Position numbers and translations under genes: made by a program
The notes under the pieces: model-generated
The model's input: only the letters and a program-made list of their open reading frames with translations
Databases searched by the model: none
What the model was told of the DNA's origin: nothing
Shown: one piece after another, positions 11,654-24,320 of the stretch
Numbering within the stretch: position 1 is the first letter of the stretch
How the letters are laid out: every line of letters begins with the position of its first letter
DNA from: Macrostomum lignano
Lineage: Eukaryota
Reading direction: 5' to 3'
DNA length: 64,000 nucleotides
NCBI GenBank assembly: GCA_002269645.1
Contig: NIVC01000393.1
Span: 1-64,000 of the forward strand

Positions 11654-13546
11654 AATTATTTACGATAAATTGCGTAATTTGCGTTGCAGTGGCTGCTGAA
11701 TTCTCATAAGCAGAGCACTTAAAAAGCTAATGTCTGCTCGAGTTACAATTTAAATATTCTTTCCAAAAACGAACACTCTATTGAGTGGGTACTGCGCGCA
11801 TGTTTGCCGTTTGGCGGTTTTGATACAAATTTGCGAAACTATTATTGCGCGCAGCACCGCCCACAAAATGTGCAGTGAAAGTCCCTAAAAGTGTGAGTAG
11901 CATTGATTAACCTTTCACAGTGTAAAAAAATTTACAGTGTAAAAAATGGTGTAAAGTTTCCATAAAAATATCTTTGTTTTTAATTCTCATTGCACTGTGT
12001 GAGGTTAGTTAAATGCTCGACGCTTTTTGTTTTAGACACGGCAGTATTTTTCTCATATAATAGTTTACATATTTATTGATTAATTCGTTTTTTCGGAGTT
12101 TTGAAAGCTGCTGTGCCTAATTATGGATTTAGCTAAATGATCAGGCTACCTAATGTTGGGTAACTTGTATCAAATGGCAAAGCATTTCACTGCAAAGTCG
12201 CATCCGGTGGTTTCACGTACCTGTGGGCGTTAAACTGTACATTTGAAATGCTGAATTTCTAGGAAAATCTCATTTCAAATTACAGTGAACAGAATCGGAG
12301 CGGCGAAAATTTTTTTTAACTAATTTCGTTGTTAATTGCAAGATTATTTTTCGTAAGTCCAAATGTCCAAGATATTTATTATGAGTATTATTTCTTGGAC
12401 CTTAGTATATGATGTTAATTCATGTGTCTCAGTTTGATTTTTTGAGTCTATTTAATAGAACTTTGTGATTAAAAAATTAATGAATGGTAAATTATAATTA
12501 ATTAGTCACATAGGACATATGTAACTAAAATACGTAGCATCTAAGTAGTTTACAATAGTTTAACATTTTTAGGGTTTTATGTGTTGCAAAACTGTACTCA
12601 AAGAAATCAAAAATAATTTCGAAATATTGAGCAATTAATGCACTTCGACCTGCTAAGGTGGCACACCTTCAATCTAGTCCAAGTTGAGTTCATACTGTTT
12701 CCCTGTTTAAGAAGTATATGATGTCTATAAGTAAAGGAGTTTTCTTTGCTAAAATCATCCTGCGAGTTCTTGGTTTTTTGCAACAAAAAATATCTAAAAA
12801 TATTTTCTGTTGAATTTTTTCTGACAAAAAATCCCACTTCTCTAGTATCCCCAATACAGATTTTATAGAACATGGCAAACTAAAAAAAGTAAGCTAAAAG
12901 TATGGGCTAAGGAAAATCTCTGCTAAAAAGTAAAACTGAGATTAACATTTATTGATTAGAAAAGGGGTTAGTTTAACTATACATTATTACAAATTTATAA
13001 TGTCTAATTTGCAATATTTAGGCAATTGTACCTGCAACCTTTTTTCCCCTTTTTTAACTTGTATTTGTATTTGTTGTGCATATGTTCTTTTTATTTGGTC
13101 TATAATTAGTCAAGTAATAAATCTCATCATGCTTTGTCTCTGTCTTACATTACTTATTTATTAATATTCAATAGGACATGACTGGTGGCAGCAAACAATC
13201 TTTATTATTTAATACCTTTATCTTATTATAGAATTATCTAAGAATTTATATATTTAGAGCTATTGGGCCTAGTGATTTGAATCTTCACATTTATGTATTG
13301 CTTTTAAGGTTTAAATTGGCAATTTAAAATTAGGAAGACCTACTACTTTGTTACTATCAGTACAATTTAGGAAGAGAGAGATTAACCCCCTTCCCTAAGA
13401 GACTCAACTTAGACAATTGAAACAAGAGGCAAAATCTAAGCATTTGCTTTTAATTAAAGATCAGTATCTATCAAGCTAATAACCTTAAAACACTATTTCA
13501 TTATTAAAATAAATGGGATAAAAAATGACATTTAAAACATGCTCTG

Positions 13547-13901
13547 CAACTTAGCTTAGTCTTGTTGCAACTTAGCTCAGTCCTATTGTGACTTAGCTTG
13601 CCCTTAGTGCAACTTATCTTATCTTCAGTGGAGTCAGTATGACTTAGCTTAGTCGTATTACAACTTAGCTCAGTCCTGCTATGACTTAGGCCTAGCTTAG
13701 ACCTGCTGCAACTTAGCTCAGTCCTGCTATGACTTATTAGCTTAGACTTGCTGCAACTTAGCTTAGTCCTACTGTGACTTAGCTTAGAATTGCTACAACT
13801 TAGCTTAGTCTAGGTGCGACTTAGCTTGGTCTTGTTGTGATTTAGCTTAGTCCTACTGTAGGACTTGACTTAGCTTAGACCTGCTGCAACTTAGCTCAGT
13901 C
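13547..13901. repeat. Degenerate ~22-bp minisatellite (ACTTAGCTTAGTC core)
   Basis: Repeated caacttagctcagtcc / gacttagcttagtc units. Confidence 0.8.
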
Positions 13902-14645
13902 CTCATATATACCCAATACCTATTTGACCCATCTAAATTAAATAGGTAAAATGATTACTAGCCAAGGTAAGTTGCAAAATTGAAAATGCAAAAAAATGAA
14001 AATTTGGGGGAAGAAAAAAAAGAGGAAAAGAAGAAAAAAAGAAAGGAGAAAAGAGAGAAAGGAAAAAGAAGAGAGAAAAACAAAAAGAGAAGAGAGAAAA
14101 GGGCAAAAAGTCATTTACAAAGTGAAAAATAAGTCCCAATCAGGAGAAATAAGTTGCAATTGAGAGGAACTAAGTTGCAATTGGTTTTAAGTATTAATTT
14201 TTAGTTGAAATAAATTACTTAAAACTGATTGAAATTAAAATTTATTAAGATTGCTAGGGATCCTGCCTTTCGTAGCTCATAATTGTCGTCCTTTAGCTAG
14301 TTGTTGACATTGAATATTCTTGGTCTTATTGTTTTTTTTCATTTTATCATATTTTATTTTTTATTATATTATATATGGTAGACAACTATTTCTTATCTAG
14401 TCAATCTAATGAAAAGACATTTTAGTGATAAACAACCCGCAGATCTGGCAACAATATTGTTACAATCGTCACAATTGACAATTGTCATGTCCTATGCCTA
14501 AAAACCAGTATTACAAATGACAGAACTTAGCTCATTGGTTTTATGAATCTATTAGTATTAATTATATCTATGCACTTAGACTGTTGTACATACTATACTA
14601 TTTAAAGAATTTACTATTTGACAATTTACTAGTTAACAAATTTAC

Positions 14646-16268
14646 TAGTGTTGGGCAAGTTACTCAAAAAAAACTTGCATTATTGTAACTTAAATTACCA
14701 ATTTTTAAAAAGTAACTTACGTTAGCCTAGTAACTTTGGATAAAAAACCCAATAACATTTAAGTTACTGTCCATTACTCACTTCCATTACCCATGTTATT
14801 AACAAAATTTTCTGCTTTTTTCATATTGCATATTTTTTCACTTTGTTGTTACTGAAATTTGCCATTGGGCATTGGGATTAACCAATTAATAGACAGAGCC
14901 AAGAATTGGCAACACAATGTGAGACAAGTAGAAAGACTAATAGGCAATGGCAATCAATAATTAAAATTATAAATGATAATGAACAAATATCAATAATTCA
15001 ATATAGAGTAAAATAAATATGCTTGTAGAACTGTATTAAATGGTGTAGTGTACTGCAGTGTTAGTCAGTGGTGTGATTGGCAAAGGGCCATTTTTTCGCA
15101 CCTCACAAAAAAATTTGTGCCATTGTTTACTAGCTTAAATAACATGCTAACTACATATATATATACATGTAGAAAACCCATATTTTTATGGTTTTTGCTT
15201 CTTTTTTCTAGCACTAAAGATCAATCCTTGCTGTGACAATACTTTACCACTCATAAAAGTTTGGCCTCCACAACTAAAAAGCCAGTAGCAAATGTCCTTG
15301 GACAAAAATGGGTGTCAAAACTTCATGGTATTTGATTTCTAAACTTTTTTGAAGGACACTCTGGGGCAGGCAATGGCTATTCCTAACTTCCTGCTCAACA
15401 GCCTTCTATTTTAGCACTTGCTCAGCAATTCTTTCAGCTTCCTTCAATTTCTTCTGCTGGAGCTTGCATTTCTCCTGTCAAAGCTGTTCCAACTCTTGAT
15501 CTTTCTCCTTGTTACGAGTCAGCTCCAGCAGCAGTCGTTGGAGCTCTCTTCAGTCTGCTTCCGTTTTGACTGGATCTCGTCTTCTTTCATTTTCAGCTGC
15601 TGCTCCAGATCCAGATTTGCATGTATTGTACACCATAACATAAAGTTTAAATTTGAATAAAGTGTGTGTGAATAGACTAAATGTGATCAGTTCATCAATA
15701 AAAAATGAAAATTTGAAAATTGAAAAATCGTGCCTCTGCTTGACGAAAATTTGCACCTGCCCTCAGAAATCGCGTATTCGCGCCTTTTTTGTGCCTGGCG
15801 CGAATTTGCGCCTCAATCACACCACTGGTGTTAGCGGAGCCACTGGAGGGACTTGTGGTTGTAGACTATAGATGAATTTTTTCTTTGGTTGTTTGTTTCA
15901 ATCAAACTTGAAAATTTTTAGTAACATGAAAATGAAAGGCAAAAATATTTTATTGAAATTAACAAAGTAAAACATGTTTCAAGTATTTTTTCATTAATTA
16001 AAGTGCAATACCATACTTAATTTTGAATTTAGGAAAGAAAAATACAAAAACATATGACAACTGGCATAACAGCTAAGCATTTTAGTTCAGTTTTAAATTT
16101 AAATATTGCAATTGTTACAAAGTAACTGTAACAGACTTCCAAAATTTGAGTAACTTACTATTACTCCATTACCAAAAGAAAAAAGTAACTTGCATAAGGA
16201 ATGCTTCATGAAAAAGTAACTTTCATTACCATTTGCAAGTTACTCGGTAACAGGAGTGCCCAAAACTG
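14646..16268. mobile_element. Non-autonomous hAT-type element, 1623 bp
   Basis: TIRs TAGTGTTGGGCA / TGCCCAAAACTG, perfect 8-bp TSD AAATTTAC (14638-14645 and 16269-16276), clustered subterminal GTAAC/GTTAC motifs. Confidence 0.85.
15365..15620 (-). pseudogene. Decayed coiled-coil coding fragment inside the hAT element
   Basis: ANLDLEQQLKMKEDEIQSKRKQTE / ELQRLLLELTRNKEKDQELEQL*QEKCKLQQKKLKEAERIAEQVLK*, with one frameshift and two stops. Confidence 0.5.
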
Positions 16269-17502
16269 AAATTTACTATATAGTAGCTTAGCTAGTTGAT
16301 GAAAAAAGTTTACCAGCACCCCATAAAAATAACTTAGTTCCCTAATGACAAACTAATCAAACCTAAGGACATGCTCTAACACGCACCACACTTTGTCTTT
16401 GGGTTGGGGTTGTGGAAAAACAGTAGTATAGTTTTCAGTGGGCATAGAAATTTCCCCAAAAATATCTATTATTATTAAATTAAATAATTAATCCCAAGAC
16501 TTAAATTTTTAACTTTTGTTTATTAAAAAAGTATTTTTCGACTGGTAGCAAAACTAAAGACTGGTGATAGGACTTAGTAGAATTAGACTAAAATAGACTA
16601 ACTGAAATAAAAACTATTATTGATAAAATCTATAAATATAAAATAAAACTTTGAAAGGTATTTAAATTAATTCAAAACTAATTTAAATGATGTCTTAAAA
16701 TAATGTCTTAATTAATAATGCTAGTTGCTGTTAATGCTGAAGCATTAACAATAACAAGATATGCTTTTAAACTCACCAATGCAGAACTGTAGAATTAATA
16801 GAATTCCAGTCACTTGAAAGCCATGGCTTGGGAGAGAGGGAGAGACGAGACGACTACACCATTTTACTTCCTATTTTGAACCTCCTATTCTGTCTTGTTC
16901 AAAATGTGGTAGTTGGGTACCACCGAATGATTATTTGCTCATTTGATTTTGTGGCAGGCGGATGCCACTATTGATTTGAAGTTCGAAACGGTGATAAATT
17001 TTGCCTGTCGGAACTGCCCGTGTGGTGTTCCCTTGTTTGTCCTCCTGAGTCTGGATTTGCGTCCATTGCGTTTTCCATTGTATTTTCCACGCGGTGCGCG
17101 TTCGTTCCCAGGTGCTGGTTCATTTGTAGGAATGCGCTCCCCACGGTTTATTTTTTGCTCGATCCAGCGGTTGTGTAGTGCGCATCCATTGCTTAGTCCC
17201 GTCACTGCTCCAGCGGGAGAGCTACTTTTATCTGTTATATAAACCCTACCTTTTGGTGCGATAATTTTAGAGAGATTTTTTCCCCTCTGCTCGACTCTGG
17301 CTCTGTTTTAAACATTTTCCTCTGCGCATTTCTCTCGTTTTAACCAGTTTATAATTATCCGGCGCCGCCGACGAATTACACTCGCTCGTAGTCATTAATA
17401 TTTTAATAATAATTAGTAAGCCTGCTCAATTCCATCTTAAGGAACATTTAATAAACGATAAGCCCCATTTATTCATTAAACTATAAGCCATAGTATTTAT
17501 TT

Positions 17503-19039
17503 GAGTCATTTGCCCGTGGGGCGTAAAACAAACAAGTTCTCATCTCAAAGATAGCTCTGAGACTTATCCGTTCCGTAATACGTAAATTACGGTGGTGGCA
17601 GCAACTACCCTACTGAAAGTAACAAACTCAGCTATTCGACGCATTATTTTACGGAGTCAGGAATCTCCGATTACCGTGTTTCATCGATTTGAACGACCTC
17701 ACCGCTACACGGCCGCTCCGCTACGATTACGACTACCCTCCCCCCGGAACTTGAGGACCCCGGCTGTCGGAGTAAAACAGGAGAAGAATTTCGTTGCGAT
17801 TCATCTGTGCGATTTCCGGCTTGATTCGTGCGAACGCAACGCTAACCGGTTTCGAAGAAAACCCGAACAACCCCATTTCAAATTATTTCCAAATTTTTAT
17901 TTTCTTCTCCGCCCCCACCTCAATTTTAATAACATTACAGTTTCTGGACGATAAAATTATGCGTACCCTATTCTGGTCCCCGTTAGTCCACTCCCTGGCG
18001 CAAGTCATGACGTATTTTTTTGCCCCCTTTCTGTTCCCCCTTGCCCCATTTTCTGGCGCTATATGACCAAATTGTGTTTTTCTTTTGTTTTACTATGTAT
18101 TTCTGCGGTAATTTTGTTGAATCCTTTTTTGGCCTTTTGAGTTTTCGCCCCTCCCCAGTTTCTGGGCCTCGCCAGCCTTTTTGTGTCCTGTCTCCGGGTA
18201 TTTATTCCCGCCTCTTGCGCCTGCCCCTCCTCATGCGTTGCGTTTTCGTTTCGTTTTGTTCGTTCGTCTTCTTCGTCTTCTTCCTTTCCCCCTTCGCCTT
18301 TGCCTCCCCGTCTCCTTCTGTGACGTCCCTCTATAACTTCCTTCAGGGATTTCCTTTTTACTAGTTTAATAACTTTAAGATAACTCAACTAACTACTGCC
18401 TGACCGAGAACTAATTTAGTTTAACTTTTCTTTAAGCGAAGGTCCGCACTGCGGCACCCCTGGATCATCTGTCGTCGGTTGTCTCTTAATTTACGCGCGT
18501 GAGACATAGTATAATATTTTAGCTGTCTTTTGTAATAACTCGTTAAGCAATAAACTCGCATTAATTTACTACAATCCGTTCTTCGATTAAAAGCCATGGC
18601 TTAACTTAAGTCATTTGCCCGTGGGGCATAAAATAACCCAGTCTCACCTCGAAGCAAGCTCTGAGACTTTTCAACGTTCCGTAATACGCAAATTACGGTG
18701 GTGGCAGCGCTACTCTACTGTTAGTAACCCAATAAGAATACGAGACACATTAAATTTACGGTGTCTGAGGACCCGCCATCTGAACGCTCGCGCCAAACGA
18801 AGACCGCTCGCCTACTACGACCAAAACTACCCTCCCCCGGAATTGAGGACCCCGGCCGGCAGACGGAGTATCTACGAGTTGTTTCTATCGGGATTCGCCC
18901 ACGCAAATTTTCCGGATTTAATTCGTGCGAAATAACGACGGCGCCCATTTGGAGGCCTAAGCCGCTCAAATTCGACATTAGATCAAGTGAACACCAGACA
19001 ATTTCAACCACAACCAAGTCTAAATCGCCCCCACCTCAA
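17503..19039 (+). repeat. Diverged ~420-bp direct repeat pair (about 17503-17925 and 18609-19039)
   Basis: Shared blocks GTCATTTGCCCGTGGGGC, CTCTGAGACTT, TTCCGTAATACG.AAATTACGGTGGTGGCAGC, CCCCCGGAA.TTGAGGACCCCGGC and CGCCCCCACCTCAA. Confidence 0.8.
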
Positions 19040-19189
19040 AAAGAAACAAGCAGAACTTCAATTCAAACACTTCAAGAAATATCAGCCCTTGCGGAAATTC
19101 AATTCAAACAAAGTCCTTTTCTATTGAAACAGAAGAACTTCAATTCAGACTGTCTGTGGCCAAAATTGTCAACAAAAATTGAGATGGCA

Positions 19190-19980
19190 CACTGGAGGAG
19201 AATGGCCGACACGTGCTGCGGCTACCAGATGATAGCCTAGCGAAGCAGTGCGTCCTCGGATGGAGTAAAGATCTTGAAGGAGTTTGGAAAGCGAAACACC
19301 GCAGGCAAACCATAATCTCGTTCTGGAAGAAACTGCTGAAAAACGCTAAGGTAGACGAATTGGACCTTGAACGGATAGTCCGTGATCGAACAAGGTGGAA
19401 GGAGATCATCATCATCAGAGAAAGGCAAAACCAACTGCGGCAAGAGGAAAGGAGGAAGAGGAAGCAAGTCAACCAATCACCACCAGCCCCTATGAACGTG
19501 AATGAGACAATATGGAATGAAAACGAGCTGACGGGTTTCCGCTGTCGGTACGAAGACTGCGGCAAGATCTGCGCAACGCGAGGAGGCCTCGCGGTGCACC
19601 AGCGTCGCATGCACCACGTGATAACCAGAGCCGTTCTGCCGTGCCCGAAATGTGGCGCGGACTTTACGACAGAAGCGACGCGCAAAAACCACATGAAGAC
19701 ATGCCGCGGGGAAGAGGTGCAAGGAAACCGCATCACATGTAATGTGTGCGGAAAAACCGTCTCCAAATCGAACTTAGCCAGGCACAGGAAGAACTGTAGA
19801 CAGCACGAGGAACAACAGGTAGCAGAGGAGCAGAACCAAGACCGGACCATGTCCAGACTGCGGAAAGATGCTAGCTTTGACAAACATGGCGCGTCACAGG
19901 AAAACGTGTAGAGGTGAATAATGGCTCGCTAGGAACCGACGCCGCAAGGCGACAAAACAGTGGAAGAAGAAGAAGAAGAA
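19190..19980 (+). mobile_element. 5'-truncated RTE-like LINE 3' fragment: RT C-terminal end plus three zinc-finger-like motifs, (GAA)n tail
   Basis: Degenerate RWxGHVLRLPDDSLAK start, DRTRW, fingers CRYEDC..HQRRMH, CPKC..HMKTC and CNVC..HRKNC (ORF 19213-19911), (GAA)6 at 19963-19980. Confidence 0.75.
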
Positions 19981-20059
19981 GAGGAATTGATGAATTTGAA
20001 GCAGAATTCGATGAAGATATCATGGAATAGCAGCCTCGGCAGTGCGCTATTGTTTAAGC

Positions 20060-20500
20060 AACAGTGACGAGACCCTATCATCAGGGCTGCTGATCGTGGG
20101 GATGACTTGTGGAACTGGCGCGCCAACTTGGAGTCAAGAGGTCAACAGCGAACACGATTGTGAGGTCAGGGAGAGCGGCAAAGCAGCCTACGAGATTCCG
20201 GACACCATTCAGGTCAAGCGGCTTCCACCATACAGTCCATTTTTTAGTCCTGTGGAGAACTCAATCTCCTGTTGGAAAGATACTCTGAAGAGAAAACTGG
20301 CAGCAGACCAGCAAAATTTCATCGCTCCGATAGCTGAGCAGCACGGGAATCAGTCAATGGCGGCCTATTGGCGAGACATTCTGTACAACATGGTGGACAG
20401 AACCATTGGCTGCATCTCTGTGGACAAATGCACTGAGTGGTTCAACCATGTGTTTACATACGTACCTCGCTGCGTTGGTGGACAGGCAATTGATGGTTAG
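20060..20500 (+). pseudogene. IS630/Tc1-type transposase remnant: N-terminal HTH joined to the C-terminal end, catalytic core deleted
   Basis: ELARQLGVKRSTANTIVR (HTH-like, from 20112, alternative frame) followed within about 100 bp by RLPPYSPFFSPVEN (LPPYSPxLNPIE motif). Confidence 0.8.
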
Positions 20501-20930
20501 TTGTCTCAAGTTGGCCAACTGACACTGCATGTCTTGTTCCTGTTTTTCATTTTACTCTTATGTTCGTCGATATGCTGTGTTTTATCTCTCTTTGTCGAAA
20601 TAGAATATGACTTTGTTTCTTTTGAATTTCAAATCTGCGCATGCGCGTCACTTGGTGACAATTTTGGCCACAGACAGTCTGAATTGAAGTTCTTCTGTTT
20701 CAATAGAAAAGGACTTTGTTTGAATTGAATTTCCGCAAGGGCTAATATTTCTTGAAGTGTTTGAATTGAAGTTCTGCTTCTGCTTGTTTCTTTTGAACAA
20801 GACTTCGTTCAAAATAGGAGGTAAAATGGTGTACCGAGCCAGCGTCTGTCTGATATAGATAGTTTATAGAAATGGGCTTGTGCATGCACATGGGGGGTTG
20901 CTGGACTCCGGGGCAATCCGGATTGGCGGA

Positions 20931-20934
20931 GAGG

Positions 20935-20991
<57 letters not shown>
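20931..20991. repeat. (GA)n microsatellite
   Basis: Direct reading. Confidence 0.95.
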
Positions 20992-20995
<4 letters not shown>

Positions 20996-21310
20996 CGGTT
21001 TCGGGTGTGCAGCATTCCTTAAAAAACTTGTAGCCTAAATTAACCTGCACAGCAAATGAGCAAATCCCTCCAAGTCCGAGGGGAGAAGAGTCAGGCGCAG
21101 AAAGGCTGTACAGTTAACACCACCACCATATAACTCGTATGGAAACTTATATTATAAAATCCACACCACACCAGAGGACGCTGAGACACTATGTACACTG
21201 GGACTAAAGTACGCTACAGAGAGGGTGAGGGAGAGAGATAGAAAGAGACAGAGAGACAGTCACAAAATACTAAATCTCTAAGGTTTGTTTGACCGGTATT
21301 TCAGTCTACA

Positions 21311-24300
21311 TCACAAAATACTAAATCTCTAAGGTTTGTTTGACCGCGGTATTTCAGTCTACAGCCTGAATACCTGTACCGATTTTTTTCAAACTTGCTT
21401 TATTCCATTGCAAGTTCTTGTGAGATTGTGTGGATCTAATTGCATTGAAAAATTCGAATGGGAAGTTGGTAAAATATTCGAAAAATGAGTTTTCCCAATG
21501 CTTTCAATGGGAGGCTAGAAAAGGTCAAAATCTTAACTAACTGAATAGCAATTCCAATTAAGATTGCGCCACAGCTTTTCTCTTTTCATTGTGTAGGCCC
21601 CAATACTGGCTGCAGTGTGCAAGGGAGAGAAAAATGCTCAGTGGCGGCGTGTATACGTTTTGCTCTGGCGGACTGCATAGACAATTGCTATTTATAGATT
21701 TCACTCAATTGTGCATTGGCTCTGCCTGCACACAACCTGTGCACACTGAGCAGCCAATCACTGCTATGTATTTGACTGCAGTGCAGAAGCATATATGGCT
21801 GATTTTTGCGCCCTCCGATCAGTAGGCGGAATAGCCGCACTGTAGGCACTAGGACTAGGTTTAGGCTAGGCATAAGGTCCCAGGTGCGAGTCTGCCTCCT
21901 CGGTGGATGATTATAATTAAATTAATTTATTCATTTATAGCTTCGGGCTCAACTAATAGGAATATTTTTGTTGAATTCGCAAGGCACACTTAATGAATAA
22001 GTTTTGCCATACAAAATTATTCAAATTTACTAAGTAAATTTGATTTGTAAAAAAACTGCTTCGAGTATTACTCATCGCATCAATGGGTATTGCCTAGCTC
22101 CATGAAAGTATGAAATTGCTAAGCTGCTAAATTTATTGTTAAAATGAAGGCTGAGTTGTGAAAAAAACTGTCGATATGTATCGAAAATTGATTAGTGAAC
22201 CGTAATAAATGCTGAGAAAAAATCAGATTCTTAAAAGGATCCTTTATTTCAGTTTGCTGAGGATACTGAGGAGCCGGCCGAGAGGAGAACTGCAGACTGC
22301 TGAGGGGAACTGCAGATTGGCGAAAGGGTCATTAATGCAGACTGCAAAGGGGACAAACTGAAAACTGCTGAGGTAGTTCCTTCAGACTTATAAGCGTATA
22401 GCTGAAAACTGCTGAGGGGGACTGCTTGGAGGATTGGTAGACTTCTGAGCAAGACAACTCTCAGAGAAGATAGGATAGCAAGACATCAGTTTCAAAACTG
22501 TACAGTTTCGTAAGTGATTAAGTGCAGGTTGTTTAGGGGATTCCTGTGAACTGCTGAGTGAATTACTGTGGTTTGCTGACGGGACAGTTCGAGGCTGCTG
22601 AGGGGATAAATGCTTAATGTTATAGACTGCAAGGGGAAAACTCCAGGCTGCTAAGATAATGACTGCAGTCTGTTTTGTGGGATTAGAAGGGATAATTTCA
22701 GGTTGTTGTTGGCATATCTCAGGAATTGCTGAGATGTCATGGCTTTCTGGGGCAATTTCTGAGAGTTCAAGGCCCATGGGGAATTGCTGATATGTCCTGG
22801 CTTACTGGAAGAATTGCTTGAATTGAGGTTTCAAAGGCTTATGGGGGGAAGTGCTGAGATTGCTTTCTTGTGGGAGATGCTTGCTATTTAGGAATGAAGG
22901 TATTGCTTAATGCTGATTTGTGCAAAACACTGCCGATATGTATCGAAAATTGATTAGTGAACCGCAATAAATTGTTAGCAAATTTTTATTGTTGAAAATA
23001 TCATTGCAGTTTGCTAAGCAGGAAACTGAGGAGCCGGGCGACCGAAGAACTGCAGATTGTCAAAAGGATCATTGCAGACTGCAAAGGGGACAAACTGCAA
23101 ACTGCTAAGGTAGTTCCTCCAGACATATAGATCATATCGTCTGGAGGACCATATCATAGATGTAAAGATGTGAGATGTGCAGACGAAGTTCCTCCAGACC
23201 ATATTCAGAAGCAATGATAGGATCTTTGCTCCAGACTTATGAGCGTATAGCTGCAAACTGCTGAGGTGGTAACTGTGGACTACTGAGTAAATTATTGTTT
23301 GCTGTGGGGACAATTCTAGGCCGCTAGACTATGACTAAAGTCTGTTTTTTGGGATTGGAAGGGATAATTTCAGGTTGTTGTGGAGACATCTCAGGAATTG
23401 CTGAGATGTCAAGGCTTATTGGATGAATTGCTGAGATGTCATGGCTTTTTTGGGATAATTTCTGAGATTTCAAGGCTCATGGGAATTGCTCAGATGTCAA
23501 GGCTTACTGGGGGAATTGCTGAGATGTCAAGGCTTATGAGGGAATTGCTGGGATGTCAAGGCTTACTGGGGTAATTGCTGAGATTTCAAGGCTTACTGGG
23601 GGAATTGCTGAGATTTCAAGGCTTTCTGGGGGAATTGCTGAGATTTCAAGGCTTACTGAGGGAATTACTGATATTTCAAGGCTTACTCGGGGAATTGCTG
23701 AGAGGTCAGGCTCGAAGGCTCGAGTTTAATTGCTGCGATGTCGATGCTTACTGAGGGAATTTCTGAGATGTCAAGGCCTACTGGGGAATTGCTAAGATGT
23801 CAAGGCTCATGGGGATGGCTGAATTGTTGGGGGGGGGGGGGTTGGGTTGTTGAGCGATTGTCAGATCGTCAAGTAGTACGACTCAGGTGGCTCATTTAAT
23901 TCAGATAATAAAATAGTACACACAAGTGATGCTGAATTCTGCTGATAGGAAATACCAGGGTATTTATTAAAGGTTTAATTCTTTGAGTTAGGCTAATAAA
24001 GAGGGGGGTCAAAGGCCGTCAGGGATTGGCATATTGAGCTCCTGCTGCGGACCAGAATATGCCTAGGCCAATGTCGATATGCTCTAAGAGTTTGTGCTTG
24101 AAAGGATAAGCACTATTTGCTGATTGAACAATGGTTTTGGGCTGATGAAGGAAACTTTTTTTTGCTGGTGAAAGTTTTGATTCATGGCAATTTATTTTTT
24201 TCAAAATGAGAAAAGGTAATTTTTGATTGATGGAAATGAAAATTAATGGTTACTGTTGGGCGAAAATAAAAACCACTCGGCGTCATTTTTAAGCCCCGCA

Positions 24301-24320
24301 GCGGGGGGCTAAATGGCTAG
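21311..24320 (+). mobile_element. Candidate non-autonomous Helitron, about 3 kb
   Basis: 5' A|TC at 21310-21312 followed by GTTTGTTT and ACCGATTTT..CAAACTTG. Canonical 3' end: hairpin AGCCCCGC-A-GCGGGGGGCT (24292-24310), then CTAG|T (24317-24321). Pairing of the two ends is inferred. Confidence 0.55.
23385..23820. repeat. ~30-bp minisatellite GAATTGCTGAGATGTCAAGGCTTACTGGGG
   Basis: Tandem units. Single diverged copies also occur at about 22720-22860. Confidence 0.85.

Larger units (their letters stand above)
166..11864 (+). mobile_element. Helitron2/Helentron-like rolling-circle transposon; 5' end outside the window, 3' end uncertain
   Basis: Rep-helicase gene, then an internal tandem array, then an imperfect inverted repeat at 11785-11864. 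The 3' boundary is inferred. Confidence 0.65.
19036..20821 (+). mobile_element. IS630/Tc1-superfamily element with long TIRs, internally deleted, left end probably clipped
   Basis: About 136-141-bp inverted repeats at 19036-19171 and 20656-20796, nearly identical. The right side continues to GGAGG|TA (20821-20823). Transposase remnant inside. Confidence 0.8.

Noticed and set aside
16939-17205. Possible LINE ORF1/endonuclease start (KFITVSNFKSI)
   Set aside because: Too short and without downstream catalytic motifs.
21870-21905. tRNA/SINE B-box-like GGTCCCAGGTGCGAGTC
   Set aside because: No A-box or cloverleaf could be built; no RNA gene is supported anywhere in the window.
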